This document shows, piece after piece, positions 29,548 to 37,185 of a stretch of 64,000 nt of DNA. Position numbers and translations under genes: made by a program. Source of the DNA: an uncultured SAR86 cluster bacterium (GTDB lineage Bacteria; Pseudomonadota; Gammaproteobacteria; Magnimaribacterales; D2472). The stretch spans positions 54,985 to 118,984 of the forward strand of contig CABYHU010000003.1 in the NCBI GenBank assembly GCA_902518715.1, given 5' to 3'. The notes beneath the pieces were generated by a model. It was not told the origin of the DNA and searched no databases. It was given only the letters and a program-made list of their open reading frames with translations. Every line of letters starts with the position of its first letter. The first letter of the stretch is position 1.

Positions 29548-30891
29548 TTAGTTGTTATCAATAAGTTTAAAGTAATTTTTTGAAGCCTGCATTACTTTTG
29601 GTGCCAACCATAATGCAGAAATCAGAGTTGGAATAGCCATCATAGCAAATGCACCATCAGCTATATTAATAGCAATATCAATTGGGACTATCGAATAAAT
29701 GAAAATACTTAAAATGTATAGATAAATATAGAATTTCATGCCAAATTTTCCAAATAGAAATCTTGAGCAAGATGCTCCGTAATACGAGTAAGTAAAGATT
29801 GTGCTCAAGCCAAAGCAAATTACGCATACGAAAAGAATTAAGCCGCCAAAGTTTCCTAACAAAATACTAAAAGCTTCTGCTGTTAATGTAACGCCTTGGG
29901 AAGATGATGTTTCCCAGACTCCTGAAACTAGAATCATTAAAGCAGTAGCTGTACATATAATTAATGTATCAAAAATTGGTCCTGTCATAGCTACTAGACC
30001 TTGTTTAACTGGATCTGAAACTCTAGCAACTCCATGAACCAAAGACTCAGTTCCCATACCTGCTTCATTTGAAAAAGCTCCTCTTCTAACGCCATAAATT
30101 AACACCCCAAAAAAGGTACCACCTGCAATAGCAGTTCCATTAAATGCATCGACAAAAATTAATTTAAAGGCGGGTAAAACTAGGTTTAAATTTAGCATGA
30201 GCGCTACAATCATTGCTCCAAAATAAATTGACCCCATTAGAGGCACAAGAAATGTTGCAACTTCAGCTATTCTTTTTAAACCACCAATTACCACTATTCC
30301 AGTAATACCTGCGAGGACTAAACCTCCCAAAATATTAAAATTTTCAATTTCTGAAAAAGCAAGGTCTCCGGTGATTTGAATAAGTTGATTGCTCTGAAAA
30401 GCTGGTAAGCAGCCTATCATTCCTGCCAAAGCAAAAAAATATGCAAGGGGTAACATTCTTTTTGGAAGCCCATTCTTTATTACATACATAGGGCCGCCAA
30501 AGATTTCTCCTTCTTTAGTCTTTTCTCGATACATCACTGACAAAGTACAGGTAAAAAATTTTGTTGCTATACCTATAATTGCCGTCACCCACATCCAAAA
30601 AATTGAGCCAGGTCCTGCTAATGAAATTGCAAGTGCAACACCAGCAATATTACCCAACCCAATTGTCCCCGACAGTGATGTGGTAAGTGCTTGAAAGGGA
30701 CTTACTTCGCCCTCTTCATCGCTCTTTTCCTTGGAAAAAAGAATCCTAAAAGCGTGCAGAAGATATTTAAAAATCTCAAATCTTGAATAAATTAAAAAAA
30801 ATATCCCAGATCCAATTAATAGAAATATTAACCATGGGCCCCATGCAGCTGAAGCAAATTGCTCAGCATAGAAGTTTGGAGATTTGTCCAT
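29548..30891 (-). CDS. Sodium:alanine/glycine symporter (AGCS) family transporter
   Basis: 447 aa polytopic protein with SLSGTIGLGNIAGVALAI and RGAFSNEAGMGT, typical AGCS motifs. Confidence 0.9.
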   Translation of the reverse strand: MDKSPNFYAEQFASAAWGPWLIFLLIGSGIFFLIYSRFEIFKYLLHAFRILFSKEKSDEEGEVSPFQALTTSLSGTIGLGNIAGVALAISLAGPGSIFWMWVTAIIGIATKFFTCTLSVMYREKTKEGEIFGGPMYVIKNGLPKRMLPLAYFFALAGMIGCLPAFQSNQLIQITGDLAFSEIENFNILGGLVLAGITGIVVIGGLKRIAEVATFLVPLMGSIYFGAMIVALMLNLNLVLPAFKLIFVDAFNGTAIAGGTFFGVLIYGVRRGAFSNEAGMGTESLVHGVARVSDPVKQGLVAMTGPIFDTLIICTATALMILVSGVWETSSSQGVTLTAEAFSILLGNFGGLILFVCVICFGLSTIFTYSYYGASCSRFLFGKFGMKFYIYLYILSIFIYSIVPIDIAINIADGAFAMMAIPTLISALWLAPKVMQASKNYFKLIDNN

Positions 30892-30921
30892 TTAAGTTAG
30901 TCCTAAATTACTGACAGCATC

Positions 30922-31212
30922 TTATTCATAGCCTTCAACTACTGCATACATTCTTTCGGCTCCACCCTCAAGCAAAGTTAATGCCTCTTTATACTCTGAA
31001 CTGCTGTAAGCAGACAATGCAGTTTCATAGGAATCAAATTCAACAACTACATTTCTAGAGAAATCGATTCCCTCTTTGGTTTCATGTTGACCGCCTCTAA
31101 CAAGAAATTTACCCCCAAATTTCTCTATTGCTATTTCAGCTTGTTTACCATACCTTGAGAGCTTCTCATCATCGAGAATATTTGCTTTAGCTACCCAATA
31201 ACCTTTTGGCAT
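30922..31212 (-). CDS. DUF1330 domain protein
   Basis: 96 aa. MPKGYWVAKANILDDEKLSRY...FGGKFLVRGG matches my memory of DUF1330. Confidence 0.75.
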   Translation of the reverse strand: MPKGYWVAKANILDDEKLSRYGKQAEIAIEKFGGKFLVRGGQHETKEGIDFSRNVVVEFDSYETALSAYSSSEYKEALTLLEGGAERMYAVVEGYE

Positions 31213-31215
31213 TCT

Positions 31216-31890
31216 TTATTTAACTATCAAAGGTTTAATAATTTTTACATCATCAGCAATATATGCATTTTTTGTTTTTTCATAATGGGGATGTCCCAAG
31301 GTAGCTAGATCGATAGCCTTTTCCATAACTCTAGCCTCAAAATCAGACTCATCAACTAGCTCATCTATTATTCCTGCATCAACTGCTTTAGGAAATGGAT
31401 ATGGATCTGCATGAAGCAGAATAGAATATGCATGTTTTTTAGAAATTCTACTTGCGGCAATCTGCATAATGCTGGTTGGGATATCCATATTATTTCTGAC
31501 CTCGTTAGCTTGAGTTACAAAATCTCCTTTCAAGCCTATTCTATAATCACATCCACATGCTACAAAAAGACCCATTGCTATAGTATGCCCAGACAAAGCA
31601 GCAATAACCGGCCTTGGAAAAGTAAAAATGTCATACATAAACCTCATCCCGAGATCGCTCATTTTTGAGATTTTTTCCATATCTCCTGATGCAAAAGTTT
31701 TTAAATCAAAGCCAGCAGAAAAAATTCCTTCTTTACCCTTTATCACTAGAGAGCCACTATCTTTAGGAACATCATTTAGGCAATTATTAATCGCTTCAAG
31801 CATTTCTATAGAAAAGACATTTACCTTTCCATCATCTAAGCTTAATACTGATACATCATCGATTTTTTCAAGAGTTGCATAATCTGTCAT
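31216..31890 (-). CDS. Enoyl-CoA hydratase/isomerase (crotonase) family protein
   Basis: 224 aa with FSAGFDLKTF and SGHTIAMGLF. Confidence 0.8.
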   Translation of the reverse strand: MTDYATLEKIDDVSVLSLDDGKVNVFSIEMLEAINNCLNDVPKDSGSLVIKGKEGIFSAGFDLKTFASGDMEKISKMSDLGMRFMYDIFTFPRPVIAALSGHTIAMGLFVACGCDYRIGLKGDFVTQANEVRNNMDIPTSIMQIAASRISKKHAYSILLHADPYPFPKAVDAGIIDELVDESDFEARVMEKAIDLATLGHPHYEKTKNAYIADDVKIIKPLIVK

Positions 31891-31893
31891 TTT

Positions 31894-32037
31894 TTACTCC
31901 TTAGCATTGGTTTTGCATCTTTTACTACAAAATCTGATCTCATCCCAAGATCTTTCCCATTTTTTTCTCCATGTAAAAGGCCTATTACATGTTACACAAA
32001 TTTTTTGAGGAAGATTGGATTTTTTTATTCTTTTCAA
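31894..32037 (-). CDS. DUF2256 zinc-ribbon mini-protein (47 aa, not in ORF track)
   Basis: Hand translation gives (TTG)KRIKKSNLPQKICVTCNRPFTWRKKWERSWDEIRFCSKRCKTNAKE*. This matches the DUF2256 pattern C..C.RPF.WRKKW...W..v.yCS..C. The TTG start overlaps the TGA of the upstream photolyase-related gene (TTGA), with an AAGGA SD about 10 nt upstream. Confidence 0.7.
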   Translation of the reverse strand: MKRIKKSNLPQKICVTCNRPFTWRKKWERSWDEIRFCSKRCKTNAKE

Positions 32038-33521
32038 AGAGTTTTTTCCTTAATAAAAATATCAGCCGCCTTAAAAATTCTTAATTTCCTATCCTTATCA
32101 AGTTTATCAAGAGCTCTTATCATTAGAGAAAGACGTGGATTTGAAGCAAAGAATTCTCTATTGTCTTCAATAAATTTCCAATATAGGCCATCAACAATTT
32201 CACACCAATCTCCCTTTTTGAAATTTGACATCCTTAATATATAACTTGATCCACAAATATATGGCTTGGTAGCAAATATTCCTCCATCAGCAAATGTTCC
32301 CATACCAAAAACATTTGGAACCATTACCCACTCAGACGAATCAACAAACATTTCCATAAACCATTTATAAATCTCTGATGGATGGATTCTTGACATATTC
32401 ATTATGCTAGCTAAAACCATAAGTCTATTTATGTGATGGGTGTACCCAAACTCTAGTGCGCCTTTTATGGCATCATCTAGTGGCTCTATACCTGTTTCTC
32501 CTGTATACCAAGCATCAGATAGTTTTCTTTGATGGTTCCAATAATTAGCATCTATCATTTTTTCAGAGAAGTTTTGATAAATGCCTCTTATAAATTCTCG
32601 CCACCCGATTATTTGTCTAATAAATCCTTCTAGGCTGTTCAGAGGTATATCATTTTCCTTAGCATAATTTCTTGCCTCAGTTATAACTTGCTGTGGAGTA
32701 ATAATCCCAAGGTTCATTGAGCTACTTAACGCAGAATGAAGTTGAAAATGCTCCCCCATAAAAATAGCATCTTCGTATGGTCCAAAATCTTTAAAACGCT
32801 CATCAAAAAAAACATTAAGCCAATCTAAAGCTTGTTCAGAGGTATAAGGGAAAATATTATTTATCATCCCTGGATGATCTTTAAATTCAGTATTTATAAA
32901 ATTAGAAATTTCTTCAGAATCATCTCGTTTTTTGATATTTGGAAGTTCTGGAATTATGTAACCTTTAGGAAGCTTTTTTCTATTCTCATCATCAAAGCTC
33001 CATTTACCACCCAAAGGCTTTCCATCTTCTAAAAGAAGATCCATCTCTTTTCTAGCTTTCTTGTAATAGTTAGCTTGTAATATAAAAGTTTTATCCCCTA
33101 TATATTCTTTAAATGATTCCCTTGTATCAATGAACATGGGTGTTTTAAGAATTTCGTGAGTAATCTCAAGTTCATTAACTAACAGAAGTATCTCTTTTTC
33201 AAAAGGTTTATCTTCAATTTCAAAAAACTTAATTTTAGTAAACTGATTTTTCTTGATTTCCTCAGCTAATTTTTCAATAAAAGGATCATTGAATCTGTTA
33301 TTGAAATCATAATAGATGTTTCTTATGTTTGATTTCTCTAGAGAGTCTCTAAATGACCTCATTGCATTAAAAAATAAAGCAATTTTTGATTTATGATGTT
33401 TTTCATATGTGCATAATCCAGAATCCTCGCACATGAAAACAGTTTCAGTATCTTCTATTTTTTGTATTTCTAAAGGGAAAAGCTGATTTCCTAGAATTAA
33501 TCTTAAAGTTTTATCTGTCAT
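32034..33521 (-). CDS. Cryptochrome/photolyase-family protein (deoxyribodipyrimidine photolyase-related, COG3046-like)
   Basis: 495 aa with QIIGWREFIRGIY, GYTHHINRLMVLASIM and VDSSEWVMVPNVFGMGTFADGG...KPYICGSSYILRMSNF. DUF2256 lies immediately downstream, a known pairing. Confidence 0.85.
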   Translation of the reverse strand: MTDKTLRLILGNQLFPLEIQKIEDTETVFMCEDSGLCTYEKHHKSKIALFFNAMRSFRDSLEKSNIRNIYYDFNNRFNDPFIEKLAEEIKKNQFTKIKFFEIEDKPFEKEILLLVNELEITHEILKTPMFIDTRESFKEYIGDKTFILQANYYKKARKEMDLLLEDGKPLGGKWSFDDENRKKLPKGYIIPELPNIKKRDDSEEISNFINTEFKDHPGMINNIFPYTSEQALDWLNVFFDERFKDFGPYEDAIFMGEHFQLHSALSSSMNLGIITPQQVITEARNYAKENDIPLNSLEGFIRQIIGWREFIRGIYQNFSEKMIDANYWNHQRKLSDAWYTGETGIEPLDDAIKGALEFGYTHHINRLMVLASIMNMSRIHPSEIYKWFMEMFVDSSEWVMVPNVFGMGTFADGGIFATKPYICGSSYILRMSNFKKGDWCEIVDGLYWKFIEDNREFFASNPRLSLMIRALDKLDKDRKLRIFKAADIFIKEKTL

Positions 33522-33560
33522 AACCCCTTATTACTTAATGATTTAATTTGTAAATTCAAC

Positions 33561-33582
33561 AAAAAAGGCCGCTAAGCGGCCT
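33561..33582 (-). terminator. Rho-independent terminator of lipoprotein gene 33603..34364
   Basis: On the minus strand, GGCCGCttaGCGGCC is followed by TTTTTT. Confidence 0.8.
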
Positions 33583-33602
33583 TTAAAATAGACAGAGTCT
33601 AT

Positions 33603-34364
33603 TTAACTTGCTGCAGCATTCTTAAATTCTGCACTACTCCAAAGCTCTGGATCATCACATTCAGTATGTGAGTCAAAGATTGCTTGCATTTCTGCACCAT
33701 TTTCATACCAATTCATATTTCCACTTTCCATTGTTTCAAATGTTTGATGAAAATTAAGCCAGTAGAAATCATTAGGATCACTGGTGTCTTGAGGAAGATA
33801 GACCCCGTAAGTATATGGATCATCTGTGTCATATTCTTCTAGCCACTCATCGAAAAGAGCAATATCAGCCATTAGCTCAGATTTAGAAGCACCGTTCACA
33901 AATCTGCATGCCTGTGATTGAGTTGCAAAAGATTTCCAATCAAGTCCACTTTGTGGATCTCCCAGATGAAACTCATGATCAAATACTTGGGTATTATCAC
34001 AGTCCAAAACATTATTTGAAGATTGATCCCATTCCTGAGCATCCTCTCTTGAAAGCCATGACTCCCATGCAGAATCTGCAGCTTCTTTTGAGGTCCATTG
34101 AAGCTCCCACCAACCGTTTTGCTGTCCGCTAGCTGGTGCATAGCCTCCGGCCCAAACCATCTGATCATAAACAGCAACTAATTCATTCCAGTCAGCAACA
34201 AACTTCCTCATATTTTCATCTGAGTAGTCAGGGCCGGCTGTACAAGGAATCATTTGGTTAAAGAAAACAGTTTGTGGAGCATCTGCATCTTCCATTGTAT
34301 TGGAACAACTGACAACGAAAATTAATGCAAAAAAAGTTAACAAGCTTTTTGTAGTTAAATTCAT
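33603..34364 (-). CDS. Acidic, Trp-rich lipoprotein with two Cys-bracketed ABM-like modules (paralogue A)
   Basis: 253 aa with lipobox FVVSC and a GGAG SD. Module 1: PCTAGPDYSDENM...GWWELQWTSKEAADSAWESW...LDCD. Module 2: ACRFVNGASKSEL...DFYWLNFHQTFETM...ECDD. Confidence 0.7.
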   Translation of the reverse strand: MNLTTKSLLTFFALIFVVSCSNTMEDADAPQTVFFNQMIPCTAGPDYSDENMRKFVADWNELVAVYDQMVWAGGYAPASGQQNGWWELQWTSKEAADSAWESWLSREDAQEWDQSSNNVLDCDNTQVFDHEFHLGDPQSGLDWKSFATQSQACRFVNGASKSELMADIALFDEWLEEYDTDDPYTYGVYLPQDTSDPNDFYWLNFHQTFETMESGNMNWYENGAEMQAIFDSHTECDDPELWSSAEFKNAAAS

Positions 34365-34401
34365 AAATTCTCCGAAAAAAATTAATAAGAATTTATATTA
34401 C

Positions 34402-34430
34402 AAAAAAAAGCCACCAAAAGGTGGCTTTTT
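34402..34430 (-). terminator. Rho-independent terminator of lipoprotein gene 34450..35295
   Basis: On the minus strand, AGCCACCttttGGTGGCT is followed by TTTTTTTT. Confidence 0.85.
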
Positions 34431-34449
34431 AAGATAAAAGTTTGATTTT

Positions 34450-35295
34450 TTAATAGCTTGAAAAATCTGGCATGAAATCTTTTTGCTCACTATTGTAGAA
34501 AGTCCAGCCATGATAAATATCTATAACATCCTCTCTACAGGTGGCAAATTCACTAAACTGTGGAAAGAGAGTTGATCTCATATTAGTTTCAAAGACTTCG
34601 TTTACCTTAACCATTGATGCTTCGCTATTTGTAAAGCTTGCCCATAGAAAATCTATTCCTTCCTCTGTATGTGAGCCATCTTCATTTAGTTGAGCATAGT
34701 AGTTACCATAATGAAAAGATGTCCCATCAAAGCCATCAGTATTCTCATAAACTCCTGCGGTATACTTAGGCAAGAATGCAACTGCATCCGATTTAGAGAA
34801 GCCTTCGTTATAAAAACAATGATAAAACTCACTGTAAAAATATCCACTCTCTGGAAGAGCTCCAAAATGATCTGCTTCAACTGGAAAAATTGCATCTAAG
34901 GCATTTCTACCCTCTGCATCACAAGATAAAACACTCTCATATTTCTCAGTCCATGCTGCTGCTTCAGTGTTAGAGGCCCATTGAGACCATGCTGCATTTG
35001 CAGAATCTTGAGAGGACCAATTAAGCTCCCACCAACCGGTATTTCCAAATGCATTTGATTCCGAAGCTGGAGCATATCCCCATGCACCTTTTAAATCATC
35101 TGCAATAAGCAAGCTGCGCCATTCACTTATCATTTCTTGCATATTCTCGACAGAGTAGTCTGGGCCAGCTTGGCATGGCATAAATTCAACAAAAATTGAT
35201 TCTCCGTTAAACGCTTCTGATTGATTTGAGGCTTGCTCATTTGAACAGCTCACAAAAAGAAACGAAACGAAAGATATAAGTAATAATTTTTTCAT
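34450..35295 (-). CDS. Acidic, Trp-rich lipoprotein with two Cys-bracketed ABM-like modules (paralogue B)
   Basis: Lipobox LFVSC. Module 1: PCQAGPDYSVENM...GWWELNWSSQDSANAAWSQW...LSCD. Module 2: HCFYNEGFSKSDA...IDFLWASFTNSEASM...ATCRED. The track start at 35307 is TTG. The ATG at 35295 has a GGAG SD 6 nt upstream. Confidence 0.7.
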   Translation of the reverse strand: MKKLLLISFVSFLFVSCSNEQASNQSEAFNGESIFVEFMPCQAGPDYSVENMQEMISEWRSLLIADDLKGAWGYAPASESNAFGNTGWWELNWSSQDSANAAWSQWASNTEAAAWTEKYESVLSCDAEGRNALDAIFPVEADHFGALPESGYFYSEFYHCFYNEGFSKSDAVAFLPKYTAGVYENTDGFDGTSFHYGNYYAQLNEDGSHTEEGIDFLWASFTNSEASMVKVNEVFETNMRSTLFPQFSEFATCREDVIDIYHGWTFYNSEQKDFMPDFSSY

Positions 35296-35338
35296 AACAT
35301 TCTCCAAAAGATTATATTAACTGATTTTTTGGGCACTA

Positions 35339-35704
35339 CTAAGATTCAACATGAAAAAGCTTGGTATAAATTTTCCATTCATCATCTTTCTTTAAAAAGG
35401 ATAAACAATCTACAAAAATCATCCCTAGGTATGCTTCTCTAACTTTTACAGCTGCAGTATTTCCATAAACTTCACATGAGAGTATTTCTAGCATCTTTTC
35501 ATCATTATTTTCCATCGGTGATGGTTGTTGCGATGCTACAAAACCTGCAAAATCATCGACACTCATTTCATGAAACCCATCTGGGAGATACCCTGTTATG
35601 GAAGCATTTGGATTAAAAGAAGCTTTAATTTTTTCAGGATCTGACTCATAACATCCATCAAAATATAACTGAATACAGTCCTTTATCATTTCATTATCAT
35701 TCAT
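35339..35704 (-). CDS. NTF2-fold protein (putative lumazine-binding/SnoaL-like family)
   Basis: 121 aa from the ATG at 35704, which has a GGAG SD. IQLYFDGCYESDPEKIKASFNPNASITG ... AAVKVREAYLGMIFVDCLSFLKKDDEWKIYTKLF. The upstream 30 aa in the track overlap the tRNA and are spurious. Confidence 0.65.
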   Translation of the reverse strand: MNDNEMIKDCIQLYFDGCYESDPEKIKASFNPNASITGYLPDGFHEMSVDDFAGFVASQQPSPMENNDEKMLEILSCEVYGNTAAVKVREAYLGMIFVDCLSFLKKDDEWKIYTKLFHVES

Positions 35705-35718
35705 ATTTTTCTCCAAAA

Positions 35719-35808
35719 TGGCGGAGAGTGAGGGATTCGAACCCTCGATACAGTTACCCGTATACCTCCTTAGCAGGGAGGCGCTTTCGACCACTCAGCC
35801 AACTCTCC
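35719..35808 (-). tRNA. tRNA-Ser (anticodon GCU), CCA encoded
   Basis: Folded by hand: acceptor GGAGAGT/ACTCTCC, anticodon stem CCTCC/GGAGG with loop CT-GCT-AA, long variable arm, T arm GAGGG-TTCGAAT-CCCTC, discriminator G, CCA. Confidence 0.9.
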
Positions 35809-35817
35809 GAGTTTTTT

Positions 35818-35823
35818 ATTATA
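35818..35823 (-). promoter_or_regulatory. Candidate -10 box (TATAAT) for tRNA-Ser
   Basis: A perfect TATAAT on the minus strand, 9 nt upstream of the mature tRNA 5' end. The -35 is weak. Confidence 0.35.
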
Positions 35824-35850
35824 CAGACAATTTAATAATGCTTAACGATT

Positions 35851-37185
35851 CTAATTATCGAATTCTAGCCTATGACCAAAATTCAAGGACTCAGAAAATT
35901 GCCCTTCTTTATAAGCAATATTTCCGTTGAGGATGGTTGCATGAATTGATGAACGCATTGTTCTATTTTCTAAAGGTGACCACCCACATTTGTGTAGGAT
36001 ATTTTCTTTATTTACATTATAAGTTTGATCCAAATCCACACATGTTATATCTGCAAAGTATCCTTCCCTTAGGAATCCTCTATCTATGATATTGAATCTC
36101 TTTGCAACGTTATGACTGGACTTTTCAACGATCATTTCTAAAGAGAAAATATCATCAAAATAAAACTCGAGTAGCATCTGAAGAGAGTGCTGAACCAAAG
36201 GAATACCTGCAGGAATATTTGGATATTTTTGGCTTTTTTCTTCAAAAGTATGAGGAGCGTGGTCGGTAGCGAAAATATCAATTTTATTTGCTTTAACGGC
36301 TTCAATAATTCCAAGTCTGTCTTCCTCTGTCTTAATTGAGGGATTGCAAACAATAAAATTACCAAGCTCTTCATAATCTTTGTCGCTAAAAGTTAGATGA
36401 TGAACACAGCCCTCAGCAGTAATATGCTTGTTCTCAATCGGATCAGTTGTAAATAATTCCATCTCCCTTGCTGTAGAAAGGTGAAGAACATGCAAATTAG
36501 AGCCAAATCTTTTTGCTAGCCCAACAGCTAATGAGCTGGACAAATAGCAACATTCCTCATCTCTTATAACTGCATGATGAGCAGCTTCAAGCTTGTCGCC
36601 ATATTTTTCTTTGTATAGCCTCTCATTTTCCACTAATCTTTTAGGATCTTCACAGTGAGTAACAATATTTGTAGGACAATGTTCAAAAATCTTCTCAAGT
36701 GATTCATATTTATCAACCAGTAAATCACCAGTGGATGCTCCCATAAATACTTTGAGGCCACATGAGGTTTTTGGGTCATGTTTTTTTATCTCTTCAATGT
36801 TGTCATTTGTTGCACCTAAATAAAATGAGTAATTGCCAACAGATCTTGTTGAAGCCATCTCAAACTTTTTCTCTAAATTCTCAATAGTAGAGGTATTAGG
36901 ATTTACATTAGGCATCTCAAAATAACTTGTTACACCCCCAGCAAGAGCGGCCTTTGATTCAGTGGCAATCTCACCTTTGTGGGTAAGGCCTGGTTCTCTA
37001 AAATGAACTTGATCATCAATAAGACCAGGAATTACAAGCTTTCCTGATAAATCTAGTTCGTCGGAAGATTCTGAATCAATCGAAGCAGCAATTTTTTCAA
37101 TTCTTTGATTTTTAATTGCAATATCTACCTGTGATTCAACATTTTCATTGATAACATTGCAGTTTTTAAGGACTAAGTCATACAT
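35851..37185 (-). CDS. pyrC: Dihydroorotase (long, allantoinase/DHOase class I type)
   Basis: 444 aa cyclic amidohydrolase with PGLIDDQVHFREPGLTHKGEIATESKAALAGGVTS and ATDHAPH. Confidence 0.88.
   Translation of the reverse strand: MYDLVLKNCNVINENVESQVDIAIKNQRIEKIAASIDSESSDELDLSGKLVIPGLIDDQVHFREPGLTHKGEIATESKAALAGGVTSYFEMPNVNPNTSTIENLEKKFEMASTRSVGNYSFYLGATNDNIEEIKKHDPKTSCGLKVFMGASTGDLLVDKYESLEKIFEHCPTNIVTHCEDPKRLVENERLYKEKYGDKLEAAHHAVIRDEECCYLSSSLAVGLAKRFGSNLHVLHLSTAREMELFTTDPIENKHITAEGCVHHLTFSDKDYEELGNFIVCNPSIKTEEDRLGIIEAVKANKIDIFATDHAPHTFEEKSQKYPNIPAGIPLVQHSLQMLLEFYFDDIFSLEMIVEKSSHNVAKRFNIIDRGFLREGYFADITCVDLDQTYNVNKENILHKCGWSPLENRTMRSSIHATILNGNIAYKEGQFSESLNFGHRLEFDN

Noticed and set aside
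35705-35794. N-terminal 30-aa extension of the NTF2-like ORF in the track (MVESASLLRRYTGNCIEGSNPSLSAILEKN).
   Set aside because: This segment is the antisense or overlapping reading of tRNA-Ser(GCU). The internal ATG at 35704 has a GGAG SD and starts the conserved domain.
33522-35808. Possible genomic island integrated at the 3' end of tRNA-Ser (unknown lipoproteins plus the NTF2 gene adjacent to the tRNA).
   Set aside because: There is no integrase or recombinase. I could find no direct repeat of the tRNA 3' end at the distal boundary (33522-33602). Codon and SD usage look like the rest of the window.
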